From contig CP070761.1 of assembly GCA_020348985.1 (NCBI GenBank), positions 1,866,246 through 1,930,245 of the forward strand: DNA of 64,000 nucleotides. Reading direction: 5' to 3'. The notes below the pieces were generated by a model. The model worked only from the letters and a program-made list of their open reading frames with translations, did not search any database and was not told the origin of the DNA. Positions 38,365 through 48,073 of this stretch are shown here, in pieces (position 1 is the stretch's first letter; each line of letters starts with the position of its first letter). The translations under genes and the position numbers were made by a program. The stretch comes from Candidatus Thorarchaeota archaeon (GTDB lineage: Archaea; Asgardarchaeota; Thorarchaeia; Thorarchaeales; Thorarchaeaceae).

Positions 38365-39501
38365 ATGACCAACAAGAAGCGCATGACTTCATTGCTGAGG
38401 GACTTGATTGCAGCCAGCTCTGAAAGCCCCCCGGGCGGTGAAAGAGAGGTTGCTGACATTCTTCGGAATCACTTGGAAGCACAAGGCATTTCGTGTGTTT
38501 CCGTTGGGCCCTCTGACCGACCCAATCTCATCTTCTCAAGCCACGACGGAGAAATTGGCCCCTTAGTCATGCACGGCCATATGGACACTGTGCCAGCTGG
38601 CCCAAAGGATAAGTGGACGCATGATCCCTTTGCCGGAGAGATTGTTGATGGCAAAATGTATGGTCGGGGTGCCTGCGATATGAAAGGGCCTGTCGCAGCT
38701 TTGACAGAAACGCTGATTCTCTACTCTGAGGAGAAGCATGAAATGCCTTTGCTTGTCCTAACAACCTCTGATGAAGAGACTGGATGCACTGGAGCAGAGA
38801 AGATCGCTCAAAGCGGAAAACTGAATGGAGTCAGTTATGGAGTCTGCGCAGAACCAACGAACCTCGGAGTTTTCGTTGGCGAGAAGGGAATACTCTGGTC
38901 GAAGGTGATCGCGAAGGGAGAGGCTGCACATGGATCAAGACCAGAAGAAGGTGTCAATGCGATAGAGCTTTGCATCGATGCCGTTCGCGTTCTTACAGAT
39001 GCGAAGTATGAATTTGAAGAGGACCCATTGTTGGGTGATTACACACTGAGTCTCGGGACGATCAAAGGGGGAGTCAAGGTCAATGTTGTCCCGTCTCAGT
39101 GTGAGGCCCAACTTGACATGCGATTGGTCCGGGGCCAGATTCCTGAGTCTATTCTTGAGCAGATGAGGATCAAGATAGCCGAGGCTGGGTTCTCAGAAAG
39201 AGTCCAAGTTGAGTACGTTCATGGTAAGAAGGCTGTTCGTACTGATGAAAACGAGGAGATTGTCAAGGTCAGTCTGGATGCAGTGGAAAAGGTGAGAGGG
39301 ACTCGCCCCATGTTGTCCACTGCCACCTATGGAACCGATTGTTCCGTTCTACAGCCAGAAGTTGGGATTCTGCACGCGATTTGCGGTCCTGGCTCGATAG
39401 AACAAGCTCATCAACCAGATGAATTCATTCCTCTGGACCAGTTCTTTGACTCAGTGGAAATCTACTTGCACATTGCAAGACATTTCTCGAGCAAATCCTA
39501 A
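38365..39501 (+). CDS. M20 metallohydrolase (ArgE/DapE family)
   Basis: GHMDTVP, GRGACDMKG, DEETG, AEPT, AHGS, AHQPDE. Confidence 0.92.
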   Translation: MTNKKRMTSLLRDLIAASSESPPGGEREVADILRNHLEAQGISCVSVGPSDRPNLIFSSHDGEIGPLVMHGHMDTVPAGPKDKWTHDPFAGEIVDGKMYGRGACDMKGPVAALTETLILYSEEKHEMPLLVLTTSDEETGCTGAEKIAQSGKLNGVSYGVCAEPTNLGVFVGEKGILWSKVIAKGEAAHGSRPEEGVNAIELCIDAVRVLTDAKYEFEEDPLLGDYTLSLGTIKGGVKVNVVPSQCEAQLDMRLVRGQIPESILEQMRIKIAEAGFSERVQVEYVHGKKAVRTDENEEIVKVSLDAVEKVRGTRPMLSTATYGTDCSVLQPEVGILHAICGPGSIEQAHQPDEFIPLDQFFDSVEIYLHIARHFSSKS

Positions 39502-39518
39502 ACATGAGTCCGAAGCAC

Positions 39519-40310
39519 TCATTCTCTCTTCGCGGAAGCCTTCTTGGCTATTAAAGACGCAAATGCACCTGCTCCCAATCCGTTACCTATGTTTACTACT
39601 GCAAGTCCGGGTGCGCAGGATTGCAGCATCGCGGCCAAAGCTGTCTCTCCTTTTCCACCGTGACCGTACCCAGTTGGCACTGGCACACCTATGACGGGCA
39701 CATCTATGAGCGATGCAATGACAGTCGGAAGGGCTCCTTCCATTCCCGCAAACACCACAACAGCATCGACCCCTTCGTCAATAATCTTCTTCACTGGCTC
39801 GACAAGTCTGTGAATTCCTGCGACACCGACATCAAAGAAAGACAACACATCGACACCCATCACGTTCGCTATTGCCTCGGCTTCTCGGGCATAGGGTATG
39901 TCTGAAGTTCCTGCTGTCATGATTGCGATCTTGCCGCCGCTGTTGACAGGCTTCCAGTCCGTACTATGAACGAGCACAGTAAAATGCTCATCCCTTCCTG
40001 CCACGTGTAACTCTACGTTTTCAAGCCCCTTCTCAATCGCCTCAACTTTCTGCTTGTCAGATCTGGTGATGAGTGCAACGCCTCTGCTATCGACCATTTC
40101 TGACACAATCTTCACAAGTTCATCTTTGCCCTTCGCTTCTGCAAACACAACTTCAGGAATTCCTGCTCTCTCTTCTCTCCCCAGATCTATTGCAGCAACT
40201 CCCCCAATCTCTGAGACTGCCATCTTCTGTAGTTCTCTTTCTGCCTCTTCAATAGACAGCTTTCCATTCGCCAATGCCTTCAGAATATCCTTCGTCGTGG
40301 TCAATTTCAT
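39519..40310 (-). CDS. larB: Nickel-pincer cofactor biosynthesis protein LarB (PurE-like)
   Basis: GIPEVVF, AGTSD, DVGVAGIHRL, AGMEGALP, PTGYG, SCAPG..VVNI.NG.GA. Confidence 0.9.
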   Translation of the reverse strand: MKLTTTKDILKALANGKLSIEEAERELQKMAVSEIGGVAAIDLGREERAGIPEVVFAEAKGKDELVKIVSEMVDSRGVALITRSDKQKVEAIEKGLENVELHVAGRDEHFTVLVHSTDWKPVNSGGKIAIMTAGTSDIPYAREAEAIANVMGVDVLSFFDVGVAGIHRLVEPVKKIIDEGVDAVVVFAGMEGALPTVIASLIDVPVIGVPVPTGYGHGGKGETALAAMLQSCAPGLAVVNIGNGLGAGAFASLIAKKASAKRE

Positions 40311-40400
40311 GTCCCCTTTGAACTGACACGAAGAACGGAGAAACCTTAAAGTTGACGCTTGCTGAAGAAGCGCGCAAGCCTTGGTCATCGGGATGATAAT

Positions 40401-40913
40401 ATGCAGTTGCCAATTCGAATTGACTACCTTCTTGTGATAGCTCTACTGGTTGCGGTCTTTGCTGTAGCAGTGCTACTAGGACGTCCCGTTGGTCCTCGGA
40501 AGACCCCGATCATGAAACAAGTTCAGAAAGTGAAATCTGCAGTCGATAAGGGGCGTACTCCTCCAGAAGTCACGGTAAGATCAAGGCTGACCATAGTCAC
40601 TCGTCTATTTGAAGAGAAAATGGAAAAAGTTGGACTTGAGCCATCATCAGATTCAGGTTACATTCCCGTGTCTCAGACACCTTTCGCTTCCTTTCTAGCT
40701 GAGCACGGTGTCAATGAGGACACAATCGGGGCAATCCTGGCTGAACTCAAGCAAATCGAGTCCGAATCGGGGGTTGCGGAGATAATTGATGCGGTTGCGG
40801 AGACTCCGGGGGTTGTCTTGGAAGGTGCAGACACAGAAACCGCCGTACAGCTTGCGATAGAGGAGTGGCAGCTAGGCCAAAAGAAGCCACAACGGAATGA
40901 GAAACACACATGA
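40401..40913 (+). CDS. Single-TM-anchored hypothetical protein
   Basis: N-terminal hydrophobic helix, ATGA-coupled to alaX. Confidence 0.65.
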   Translation: MQLPIRIDYLLVIALLVAVFAVAVLLGRPVGPRKTPIMKQVQKVKSAVDKGRTPPEVTVRSRLTIVTRLFEEKMEKVGLEPSSDSGYIPVSQTPFASFLAEHGVNEDTIGAILAELKQIESESGVAEIIDAVAETPGVVLEGADTETAVQLAIEEWQLGQKKPQRNEKHT

Positions 40914-41647
40914 CCGAGCTTCTTCATATGCGTGACAATTACCTGAAGGAGTTTGACGCGACAGTCTCCTCGGTGGGAGAAGGCTACGTAGTCCTTGATA
41001 GAACAGCATTCTATCCTGAAGGCGGAGGGCAATCTGGCGACAAGGGTGAGCTATGGAGCGCCGGCTCGAAAGTATTGGTGAAGAATGTTGCAAAACAAGA
41101 AGGGACTATTAGACATCTCCTCATGGATGACCACGATTTCAAAACAGGCGACCCCATACGAGGGGTAATCGACTGGGATTGGCGATATGAATGCATGAGA
41201 TTTCATACTGCTCAACATGTTCTTTCTCGCTATCTTCAGTTAGAGTACGGCCTTGAAACGGTAGGAAATCACATCAAACCTGGGGGAAGCCGAGCCGACT
41301 ATGCACCGCTTGACGAACTAAATGATCAGATGAAAACTAACATTGAGAATGGAGTCAACGATGTGCTTTCAAGAAGCCTAGATGTAGAAATCCGTTTTAT
41401 GCCCAGGGCTGATGCAATCGAATTCCTTCAGGCGGCTGGATATCAAACAAGGTACCTAGAAATGGTCCCTAAGTCAATCAAAGAGTTCAGAGTGATGGTC
41501 ATAGGAGACTACGATGCCTCTTCATGCGCTGGAACCCATGTATCGAATACGAGCGAAATCGGAAGCATAGTCCTTGGCAGGACAAAGAATGTTGGCGCTG
41601 GAAAACGGCGCATCTACTTCAAATTGAGCAACAAAGGTTCTAGATGA
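40910..41647 (+). CDS. alaX: Alanyl-tRNA editing protein AlaX-M
   Basis: TAFYPEGGGQ, HTAQH, CAGTHV. Confidence 0.92.
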   Translation: MTELLHMRDNYLKEFDATVSSVGEGYVVLDRTAFYPEGGGQSGDKGELWSAGSKVLVKNVAKQEGTIRHLLMDDHDFKTGDPIRGVIDWDWRYECMRFHTAQHVLSRYLQLEYGLETVGNHIKPGGSRADYAPLDELNDQMKTNIENGVNDVLSRSLDVEIRFMPRADAIEFLQAAGYQTRYLEMVPKSIKEFRVMVIGDYDASSCAGTHVSNTSEIGSIVLGRTKNVGAGKRRIYFKLSNKGSR

Positions 41648-41700
41648 TTCGGCCAACAGTTTTATCAACTGAACCCGAGTCTTCGATACGAGTGACATCA

Positions 41701-42975
41701 ATGAAGGCACTGGTATTGACCGCTGGTGTTGGTCAAAGGTCTCTACCTTTGACAGCAACCCGCTCCAAGGCTATGCTCATGATTGCCGGACGACCAGTTA
41801 TGCAGTACATACTGGAAAGTTTGTCTGCGAACGGAATCAAGGATATAGTTATTGTCGTAGGTCACGGCCGCGAGGAAATCATCGGTCACTTCAAGCATGG
41901 TGATGGCCACGATACGAGAATAAGCTACGTAATCCAGCACGAAGCCAAAGGTGTGGAACACGCCATTCTGACCGCCAGGGATGAGTTGGAGGGTGAAGAG
42001 GAGTTCCTACTGGTCAATGGTGATGTCCTTGTGGAACCAGATATGGTGTCTAGGACTCTTGCCAACCATCAGAACATGAATGCAGATGTCACGATGCTCG
42101 TCACACTTGTATCGAATCCCGAGCAATTTGGAACCGTGAAGATTGGGCACAATGGTGTTGTAGAACGCCTCGTTGAGAAGGGTGGTCCTGATAGATACGT
42201 GAGCAACTACGCAGTGGCAGGAGTCACTGTGTTCAGTACGGAGACATTGCCTCTACTTGAGAAACATGGCACAATGGAAGCCACAATTGAGAGTATGATA
42301 AAGTCGGATAAGAGAGTCTCTACAACTGTCTGGGAGAAAGAATGGGCAGAATTCACTTGGCCTTGGGATATACTCAATGCAAATAGGATTGTTTTGGATC
42401 GCGAGCTGAGGGGACACGGTAGTTTCATTGCGGAATCCGCGGAACTTCACGACAATGTCATTCTTGAAGGGCCGGTCTACGTTGATGAAGGTGCGATAGT
42501 CCGACCTGGGACTACATTGAGAGGACCTCTCTACATTGGCAAGAAGGTCTATGTTGGTAACAACTCACTAGTTCGAGACTACACGTGTCTCTGTGACGAC
42601 GTGCATCTAGGTTACGGCGTAGAGGTGCGGAACAGCGTGATATTCCAAGGAGTTAACATTGGCAGAATGACTTACATTGCTGACTCGATAGTTGGGGAGA
42701 AGACATGCATTGAGGCCGGCGCTCAGATGTGGAATTGGCGGCCTGGAGATGAACCTCTTTTCCTGAAGTATGAGGATGAAAAAGTGCAGATTCCATTTCC
42801 CAAGTTCGGGGCGATTATTGGTGACAATGTTATCATTGGCGTCAATAGCTCAATCTATCCTGCAACAAGAATTGGTCACAATAGCATGATCGCACCTGGA
42901 TGTATCATCAACAGTGACATTCCGCCTAACAGCGATGTGAGTGTTAAGCAGCAACTCAAGATAACCAAGCGCTGA
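41701..42975 (+). CDS. Bifunctional sugar-1-phosphate nucleotidylyltransferase/acetyltransferase (archaeal GlmU-like)
   Basis: LTAGVGQR.LPLT.TRSK, NGD, VEK, PWD, hexapeptide repeats, KFGAIIGD. Confidence 0.88.
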   Translation: MKALVLTAGVGQRSLPLTATRSKAMLMIAGRPVMQYILESLSANGIKDIVIVVGHGREEIIGHFKHGDGHDTRISYVIQHEAKGVEHAILTARDELEGEEEFLLVNGDVLVEPDMVSRTLANHQNMNADVTMLVTLVSNPEQFGTVKIGHNGVVERLVEKGGPDRYVSNYAVAGVTVFSTETLPLLEKHGTMEATIESMIKSDKRVSTTVWEKEWAEFTWPWDILNANRIVLDRELRGHGSFIAESAELHDNVILEGPVYVDEGAIVRPGTTLRGPLYIGKKVYVGNNSLVRDYTCLCDDVHLGYGVEVRNSVIFQGVNIGRMTYIADSIVGEKTCIEAGAQMWNWRPGDEPLFLKYEDEKVQIPFPKFGAIIGDNVIIGVNSSIYPATRIGHNSMIAPGCIINSDIPPNSDVSVKQQLKITKR

Positions 42976-42997
42976 TCGTTACAGCGTATTCCCTTGG

Positions 42998-43675
42998 CTA
43001 GTCTGGCAATTCCGATTCGGCAGCAACGACGTCGTTAACATAAAGAAATGCAGTCCCGTCGCGAATCACGAGTTTGAATTCACCTTCAATGTCTGCTTCA
43101 TCAAGAGTGAAAGTGATTCCTTCTAGCTGTACATATGTGTCTCCCGAACTACTAGCAACAGAGATGTCATGACTCATCGGTTCCTGTGGATTGGTTCTCA
43201 GACTCGGAATGAGCTGCTGCCCTTTGAGGAGCCGGTCAAGTTGGGACAATTCATGTCTCTCGAGAAGGGACCTTATGCTACGATATCCCAAGTATCGATC
43301 TCTCTTCCTGTTTAGCCAATGATCTTCATGCTTACCTGCTGAGATTCTTTCTATTGCGAGATATGTCCCCAGTCCGCGATCTATTACATCTAGATCAATG
43401 TCCTCCTCTTTGTTCAAATAGCCTGCTGTGGCTGGATGACTCAACTCGTGAGCCAGCAATCCGAGTTTTTGCGATTCATGCCAGTCTCTAACGCTTTTGT
43501 CACACTCTATTCTCATTGTCCTGTCAGTAATGGACCAGCTAATCTGGGCAAACGCGGAGATAGACTTCCACCTAACAAAGAAATCATGTCTTCTGAGTTC
43601 AGGGTATGCGAATTCGATGAGTCTATCAACGAGCTTTCGGAGCTCTGGGGCTGCTCGTACGTGTTTGCTAGACAT
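42998..43675 (-). CDS. Hypothetical protein with HExxH zincin motif
   Basis: GLLAHELSH. Confidence 0.55.
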   Translation of the reverse strand: MSSKHVRAAPELRKLVDRLIEFAYPELRRHDFFVRWKSISAFAQISWSITDRTMRIECDKSVRDWHESQKLGLLAHELSHPATAGYLNKEEDIDLDVIDRGLGTYLAIERISAGKHEDHWLNRKRDRYLGYRSIRSLLERHELSQLDRLLKGQQLIPSLRTNPQEPMSHDISVASSSGDTYVQLEGITFTLDEADIEGEFKLVIRDGTAFLYVNDVVAAESELPD

Positions 43676-43721
43676 TCTGGCGCTTCCTATACTTCTTTCT
43701 CTCTGAACATTAATCAAACGT

Positions 43722-44642
43722 ATGGTCATCTTTAAAAGCCAAGCTCAGGACTTTCGCGATGAATCCCCTTTAGAACAAACTAGGAGAGTCATTACGATTA
43801 GTCGAAAGAGGTGGGGAAAGTCAGCCGCCAAGACTGAGAAGATAATAAGAGATGCGGTTCCGAAGCCAGAGACGCTATCTGAGATAGACGAGTTTCTGAG
43901 CAAGGCAAGATCGGTCACCGCATACGAGCTAGCGAGGCGGTTTGGCGTTAGAATGAGTGTTGCTCGCCAGATTCTCAAGAAGAAAGAGAGTGAGGGAATC
44001 ATAGTACCCTATGTACGAGACGGAGGTCTAGCAGTCTTTACCACCCCTGGCGAGATGGAATCTCGAGATGAACCACGGCAAATCATTCTGGGAGATGCCA
44101 TCGAAGAGGTGGCCTCAACCACATCGGAGGAGGCCGTCCTAACAGCTGACTTCGAAATCGCTTTTGCTGAGTCATCAGCTATTGGAGTTGAAAAGCCGGG
44201 CAGAGCAGCGCGTCGCCGGAGAGAAGTAGGTGAGAAGAAGGAAAGGAAGGACCTGCGACCTGAAGTTGTCGTTGAGCCTCTTGCTGTAGAGGTACCTCCT
44301 CAAACTGCTGCAGAGGAGGTTCCCAAGGAGGCACCAAAGAAGAAGCCCAAGAAGAAAGCTCCTGCCAAGAAGAAAGCTGAAGAAGAGAAGCCCAAGAAGA
44401 AGGCACCAGCCAAGAAGAAAGCTGAAAAAGAGAAGCCCAAGAAGAAAGCTCCAGCCAAGAAGAAAGCTGAAAAAGAGAAGCCCAAGAAGAAAGCACCAGC
44501 CAAGAAGAAAGCTGAAGAAGAGAAGCCCAAGAAGAAGGCACCAGCCAAGAAGAAAGCTGAAGAAGAGAAGCCCAAGAAGAAGGCACCAGCCAAGAAGAAA
44601 GCTGAAGAAGAGAAGCCCAAGAAGAAGACCACAAAGAAGTAG
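43722..44642 (+). CDS. Ribosomal protein eS25-like domain fused to an acidic linker and a Lys-rich repeat tail
   Basis: RKRWGK...VTAYELARRFGVRMSVARQILK...EGII...VFT matches the S25e winged helix. Start position uncertain. Confidence 0.75.
   Translation: MVIFKSQAQDFRDESPLEQTRRVITISRKRWGKSAAKTEKIIRDAVPKPETLSEIDEFLSKARSVTAYELARRFGVRMSVARQILKKKESEGIIVPYVRDGGLAVFTTPGEMESRDEPRQIILGDAIEEVASTTSEEAVLTADFEIAFAESSAIGVEKPGRAARRRREVGEKKERKDLRPEVVVEPLAVEVPPQTAAEEVPKEAPKKKPKKKAPAKKKAEEEKPKKKAPAKKKAEKEKPKKKAPAKKKAEKEKPKKKAPAKKKAEEEKPKKKAPAKKKAEEEKPKKKAPAKKKAEEEKPKKKTTKK
44343..44627 (+). repeat. 45-bp coding tandem repeat (6 copies plus a partial), KPKKKAPAKKKAE[E/K]E
   Basis: Visible directly in both DNA and protein. 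Confidence 0.95.
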
Positions 44643-44764
44643 TCTTGGTGATTGTGACTGGAGGCCTTGGCGCTATCACACTACTGGCAGTCTTGGTGAT
44701 TTGGAAACGATGTCAACCTGGATAGATAGAAACCAGGTCGGAATACATCTATCTAACAAAGCCA

Positions 44765-44804
44765 TGCAAAAACCAAGTTGAGCTGCACTTGCAATGCAGC
44801 TCAA
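44765..44804 (-). terminator. Hairpin plus T tract downstream of 44819..45388
   Basis: Plus-strand TTGAGCTGCA-CTTGCAA-TGCAGCTCAA, followed by GTTTTT on the minus strand. Confidence 0.55.
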
Positions 44805-44818
44805 TTACAGTAGGTGCA

Positions 44819-45388
44819 TCACTTCAGTGCTGCAATCTGTTTGTCCATATCCTCGAGCTGGGAGTCCAATTCGGCTTCTTTCGTCTTGTACTCCTCTTCG
44901 GGAATGTAACCTCGCATGTAGTCGAACCTGAGATCTGTCAATGCAGCCTTTAAGCGGTCCTTTTGCTGAAGCAAGAAGTCCATCTGGTCACTGCCCTCTG
45001 CCGGAGCTGCAGCAGTTTCAGCTGCTGGTTCAGCTGCAGGCGCAGGTGCAGTCACAGGCTCAGCGGCCGGTTCGGGAGCAGGTTCAGTGGCTGTTTCGGG
45101 TGCTGGTGCAAGCTCAGCAGCTGGCTCAGTTGCCGGTGGAGGCACTGCTACCGGTGGTGGAGCTGCCGCTGGTTTCACGGTCTCCATCTGCTCCATGTTC
45201 TTGCGAAGTATGTCAATCTGATTGGCAATCTCAGTAAAGCTATCATTGATTGTCTGGTTTACAGACATCTTCATCTTTGCTAAGTTCTCGGCCAGAGTAT
45301 CTGCAAGCCTCTTGGTCTCTGCAACTTTGTCTGCGAATGCTTCGATTGCTTTTAGTTTCTCCATCACTTCTGAAAGGTCAAAAGACAC
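44819..45388 (-). CDS. Coiled coil + Pro/Ala linker + SHOCT-like C-terminal helix pair
   Basis: LRFDYMRGYIPEEEYKTKEAEL and PAAEP-type linker repeats. Confidence 0.7.
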   Translation of the reverse strand: MSFDLSEVMEKLKAIEAFADKVAETKRLADTLAENLAKMKMSVNQTINDSFTEIANQIDILRKNMEQMETVKPAAAPPPVAVPPPATEPAAELAPAPETATEPAPEPAAEPVTAPAPAAEPAAETAAAPAEGSDQMDFLLQQKDRLKAALTDLRFDYMRGYIPEEEYKTKEAELDSQLEDMDKQIAALK

Positions 45389-45534
45389 AGAATGTCACCT
45401 TCGGTATTGTCTATCGTTCTGTAATTGACTGGCTGACGTTTATCAAGGTTGTCGTGACGGACAATCAACTCAGTTGTATTGCTGACATAGTATCAAGGAA
45501 ACATCCAACCTGAGAGTTGATTTCAACACACACT

Positions 45535-46386
45535 CTAAGCGGCTGCGGCCTCTGCCTTTCCTTCCAAGATGGCTCTTCTAATGATCTGAATCAGTCTATC
45601 CCTATATGAAATGTCTATGGCAACCAATTCGTACGTGGGTATCGCCAGAATCTGACCGACTCTCTCAGGTGTCAATGCGGTAGGAAGGTCCTGCTTGTTC
45701 GCAATCCCAATTACCTTCGCATCTGGCACTTCGTCTTTAACTAATTGAACGAGCTTCTTACTCCTTAGAACATTCTCAAGAGTGCTGTCTGTAACGATGA
45801 TGACAACCTGTGCATTTGCCACCATCTTTGCCCACAGAATGCTAAATCGAGACTGTCCTGCCAAGTCCCAGAGCACGATGTTCGCGGTGCTTATCTCCTC
45901 AGGTAGCTTCTTGATGGAAACGCCTATTGTTGGATCATGTACAAGAGGCAGAGTCTCTCCTCTTAGAAGATGAAGTGTTGTTGTCTTACCGACCCCGGCA
46001 TAGCCCAATATTGCGACTTTGACCATTGTTACAGCAATCTCATCGACTTTCGCGTCAAACCCATCCATCTGAGTTGCTGGATCTGGAAGCTCTGAGAAGT
46101 CTTTGATGAAGATGTCAACAAGCTGCTCCATCTTTTCCTCCATTTGCGAAGAATCGTCGGCCTTGTCAGCAACGAAGACGAACGTGAAATGCCCCTTGAC
46201 GGCATAGAAGAATCGCTGAGCTGCAAGGTTCATGAATTCGGTCTTCTCTTCAAGATCGACCGTCCTCAAGAATTGTGTCAGGTTCACAAGGAATTCTACT
46301 ATGCTCTCAGCGGATTCGCTTTTGGCGTAGTCCTTTGAGTAGACAATGTTGCCTTGCTCACCGAGGATGTAGACACTTCGAATCAT
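45535..46386 (-). CDS. Longin-domain / Arf-like small GTPase fusion
   Basis: N-terminus MIRSVYILGEQGNIVYSKDY resembles AP sigma/mu longin. G1 GYAGVGKT, G2 PTIG, G3 WDLAGQ, G4 NKQD. Confidence 0.88.
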   Translation of the reverse strand: MIRSVYILGEQGNIVYSKDYAKSESAESIVEFLVNLTQFLRTVDLEEKTEFMNLAAQRFFYAVKGHFTFVFVADKADDSSQMEEKMEQLVDIFIKDFSELPDPATQMDGFDAKVDEIAVTMVKVAILGYAGVGKTTTLHLLRGETLPLVHDPTIGVSIKKLPEEISTANIVLWDLAGQSRFSILWAKMVANAQVVIIVTDSTLENVLRSKKLVQLVKDEVPDAKVIGIANKQDLPTALTPERVGQILAIPTYELVAIDISYRDRLIQIIRRAILEGKAEAAAA

Positions 46387-47495
46387 GCAGGCTCACTCCA
46401 CGTCCGACCTAGGTGGTCTAAATATCTACTCGCTATTTCCTGTGAAATCTGCTTTTCACTTATCTTGGTAGATACCAAGGGCAGAACATACTCAGGGAAG
46501 AACGCTTCTATTGTAGGGTTAGTGACTAGCGCCCAAAGCTCTTGCTCCTTGAACTGTGTGGCAATCCTCTCCGATTCAAATGTCCACAGCACACTACCCA
46601 ACACTTCATTTGGAAGACCTGTCTTCTCTTCCAATTCCGCCAGAGTCATGGGACGAGATCTTAACGCCTTCAAGATTTTGTAGTACAGACTCTTCACGAG
46701 TATCCCGGACAGCTTTCTTCTATCTTCCATAATGGGTGAGTTTGGGTCATCAACTGGTAGAGTAGGGTTGTATCCTTTGCTCGGAGGCGGCGGAGTGAAG
46801 AATGCGCCTACTCTCTGCTTGTAATCCTCTACTATTCCTGGAAAGGATTGGAGAGCAAATGAGAGCGAATCAACCGGCGGGGCCCTGTAGCTGAAGACAT
46901 CTTTTAGAAGGAAGACAACCTCTGCTGTCTTTCCAATCATTTCGACCTTCACGATTCCCGCGTCCATTAAGGGGGCCATGGCTTCACGCAGTTCTATAGT
47001 CTCGCTTTGGATTTGGTCTTTTAGCCAGATTCCTAGTTTCGCCGCTCGTTCAACTCCCTCTTCCTGCATCTTCTCAAGCAGTAGTGCAGTTGATGGCGTC
47101 AGGAAGATACTAGCAAAGAGCTGTTCTTCGGACAGAACTTCCAAGCCACTTCCCCTCTGTAGAATCTCTCCCAGATCCACACGGTCCGGGGCCTCCTTCA
47201 TAAGTTCGAGAATAAATCGAGCACTACTTGTCAGATCCTCACGAATCATCTCCACATCATCATCAGGTCTCAAGACATAGCACACGAACCAACCAGGATG
47301 ACGTTCGTCCCAGTATGATGCAATCTGCATGTCCTCTATTTCACTGACTTTCAGGCTCTCCTCAATATCTTGTTGATGCTCGTAGAAGATGAGATTCAGT
47401 TTCTTTTCCGAGAGAATCAACGTAGTTGGATGTCGTTTCTGAACAACGAAACCCTGAAGATCGTCAAGCTGAACGACGAAAACTGCGTCTGGCAT
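46383..47495 (-). CDS. uDENN/longin-like N-terminal domain with winged-helix repeats (NPRL2/3- or DENN-like)
   Basis: AVFVVQLDDLQGFVVQKRHP resembles the FD..GP.i...YP uDENN start. C-terminal MTLAELEEKTGL wHTH. ATGA overlap with the GTPase gene. Confidence 0.55.
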   Translation of the reverse strand: MPDAVFVVQLDDLQGFVVQKRHPTTLILSEKKLNLIFYEHQQDIEESLKVSEIEDMQIASYWDERHPGWFVCYVLRPDDDVEMIREDLTSSARFILELMKEAPDRVDLGEILQRGSGLEVLSEEQLFASIFLTPSTALLLEKMQEEGVERAAKLGIWLKDQIQSETIELREAMAPLMDAGIVKVEMIGKTAEVVFLLKDVFSYRAPPVDSLSFALQSFPGIVEDYKQRVGAFFTPPPPSKGYNPTLPVDDPNSPIMEDRRKLSGILVKSLYYKILKALRSRPMTLAELEEKTGLPNEVLGSVLWTFESERIATQFKEQELWALVTNPTIEAFFPEYVLPLVSTKISEKQISQEIASRYLDHLGRTWSEPA

Positions 47496-47588
47496 TGCGT
47501 GTCTCTATTGTCGGTCTTCTGAGCAATCATAAATCTTTCCGAGTTAGACTCAATGCTGCACAACAACGACTTCAGTGAGGAACCGTGA

Positions 47589-47960
47589 TTAGAAATGGTC
47601 GATACATGAAAGATTACCGCTCTCATCCACGATCCAGCAATTCTCGCAGACGAAAACCCCGCAGTTTCCACACTTCCCAATGTGGTGATTCAAACCTCTG
47701 AATTCACTGTCTGCAGAATGTTCGCCATGATTCGCACAAAAGGCACGGTGGCACCTTCTGCAGGAGACTTGTGGCGCCAATTCACAAAGGGAGCACAATT
47801 GAGATGACATTAGCTCTCTGAGAGGACCCGCGTCAGAACCGTTCGATTCACCGCCCCATTCATTGCACTCTGCGTTGAGACACTCGCCCACTCCTTTGTA
47901 CTGTCCACAGTAAGCGCAGAATGGCTCGAGAACAGGATTCTGACGACGCAATATGTACAA
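47589..47960 (-). CDS. Multi-zinc-finger protein (B-box/AN1-like)
   Basis: CAYC..C..C; CSLC...CRRC...FCANH; CGNC..VCENC...CIDH. Confidence 0.75.
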   Translation of the reverse strand: MYILRRQNPVLEPFCAYCGQYKGVGECLNAECNEWGGESNGSDAGPLRELMSSQLCSLCELAPQVSCRRCHRAFCANHGEHSADSEFRGLNHHIGKCGNCGVFVCENCWIVDESGNLSCIDHF

Positions 47961-48073
47961 CTCCCGTCCCTGTCTTTCGTTTTATCAGCTAGTAGGCGCG
48001 TAGCTGGCCTTTGATGATGTATTCCTAGAAAGGATGAAAAGGCTTTCCTACATGGTCGATGAGGGCGTCAAGA

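Noticed and set aside
39519-40310. Complete nickel-pincer (lar) operon
   Set aside because: Only larB is present; dispersed lar genes are common in archaea.
44343-44627. Regular 45-bp repeats as a CRISPR array
   Set aside because: Head-to-tail coding repeats with no unique spacers, in frame with a Lys-rich protein; no cas genes.
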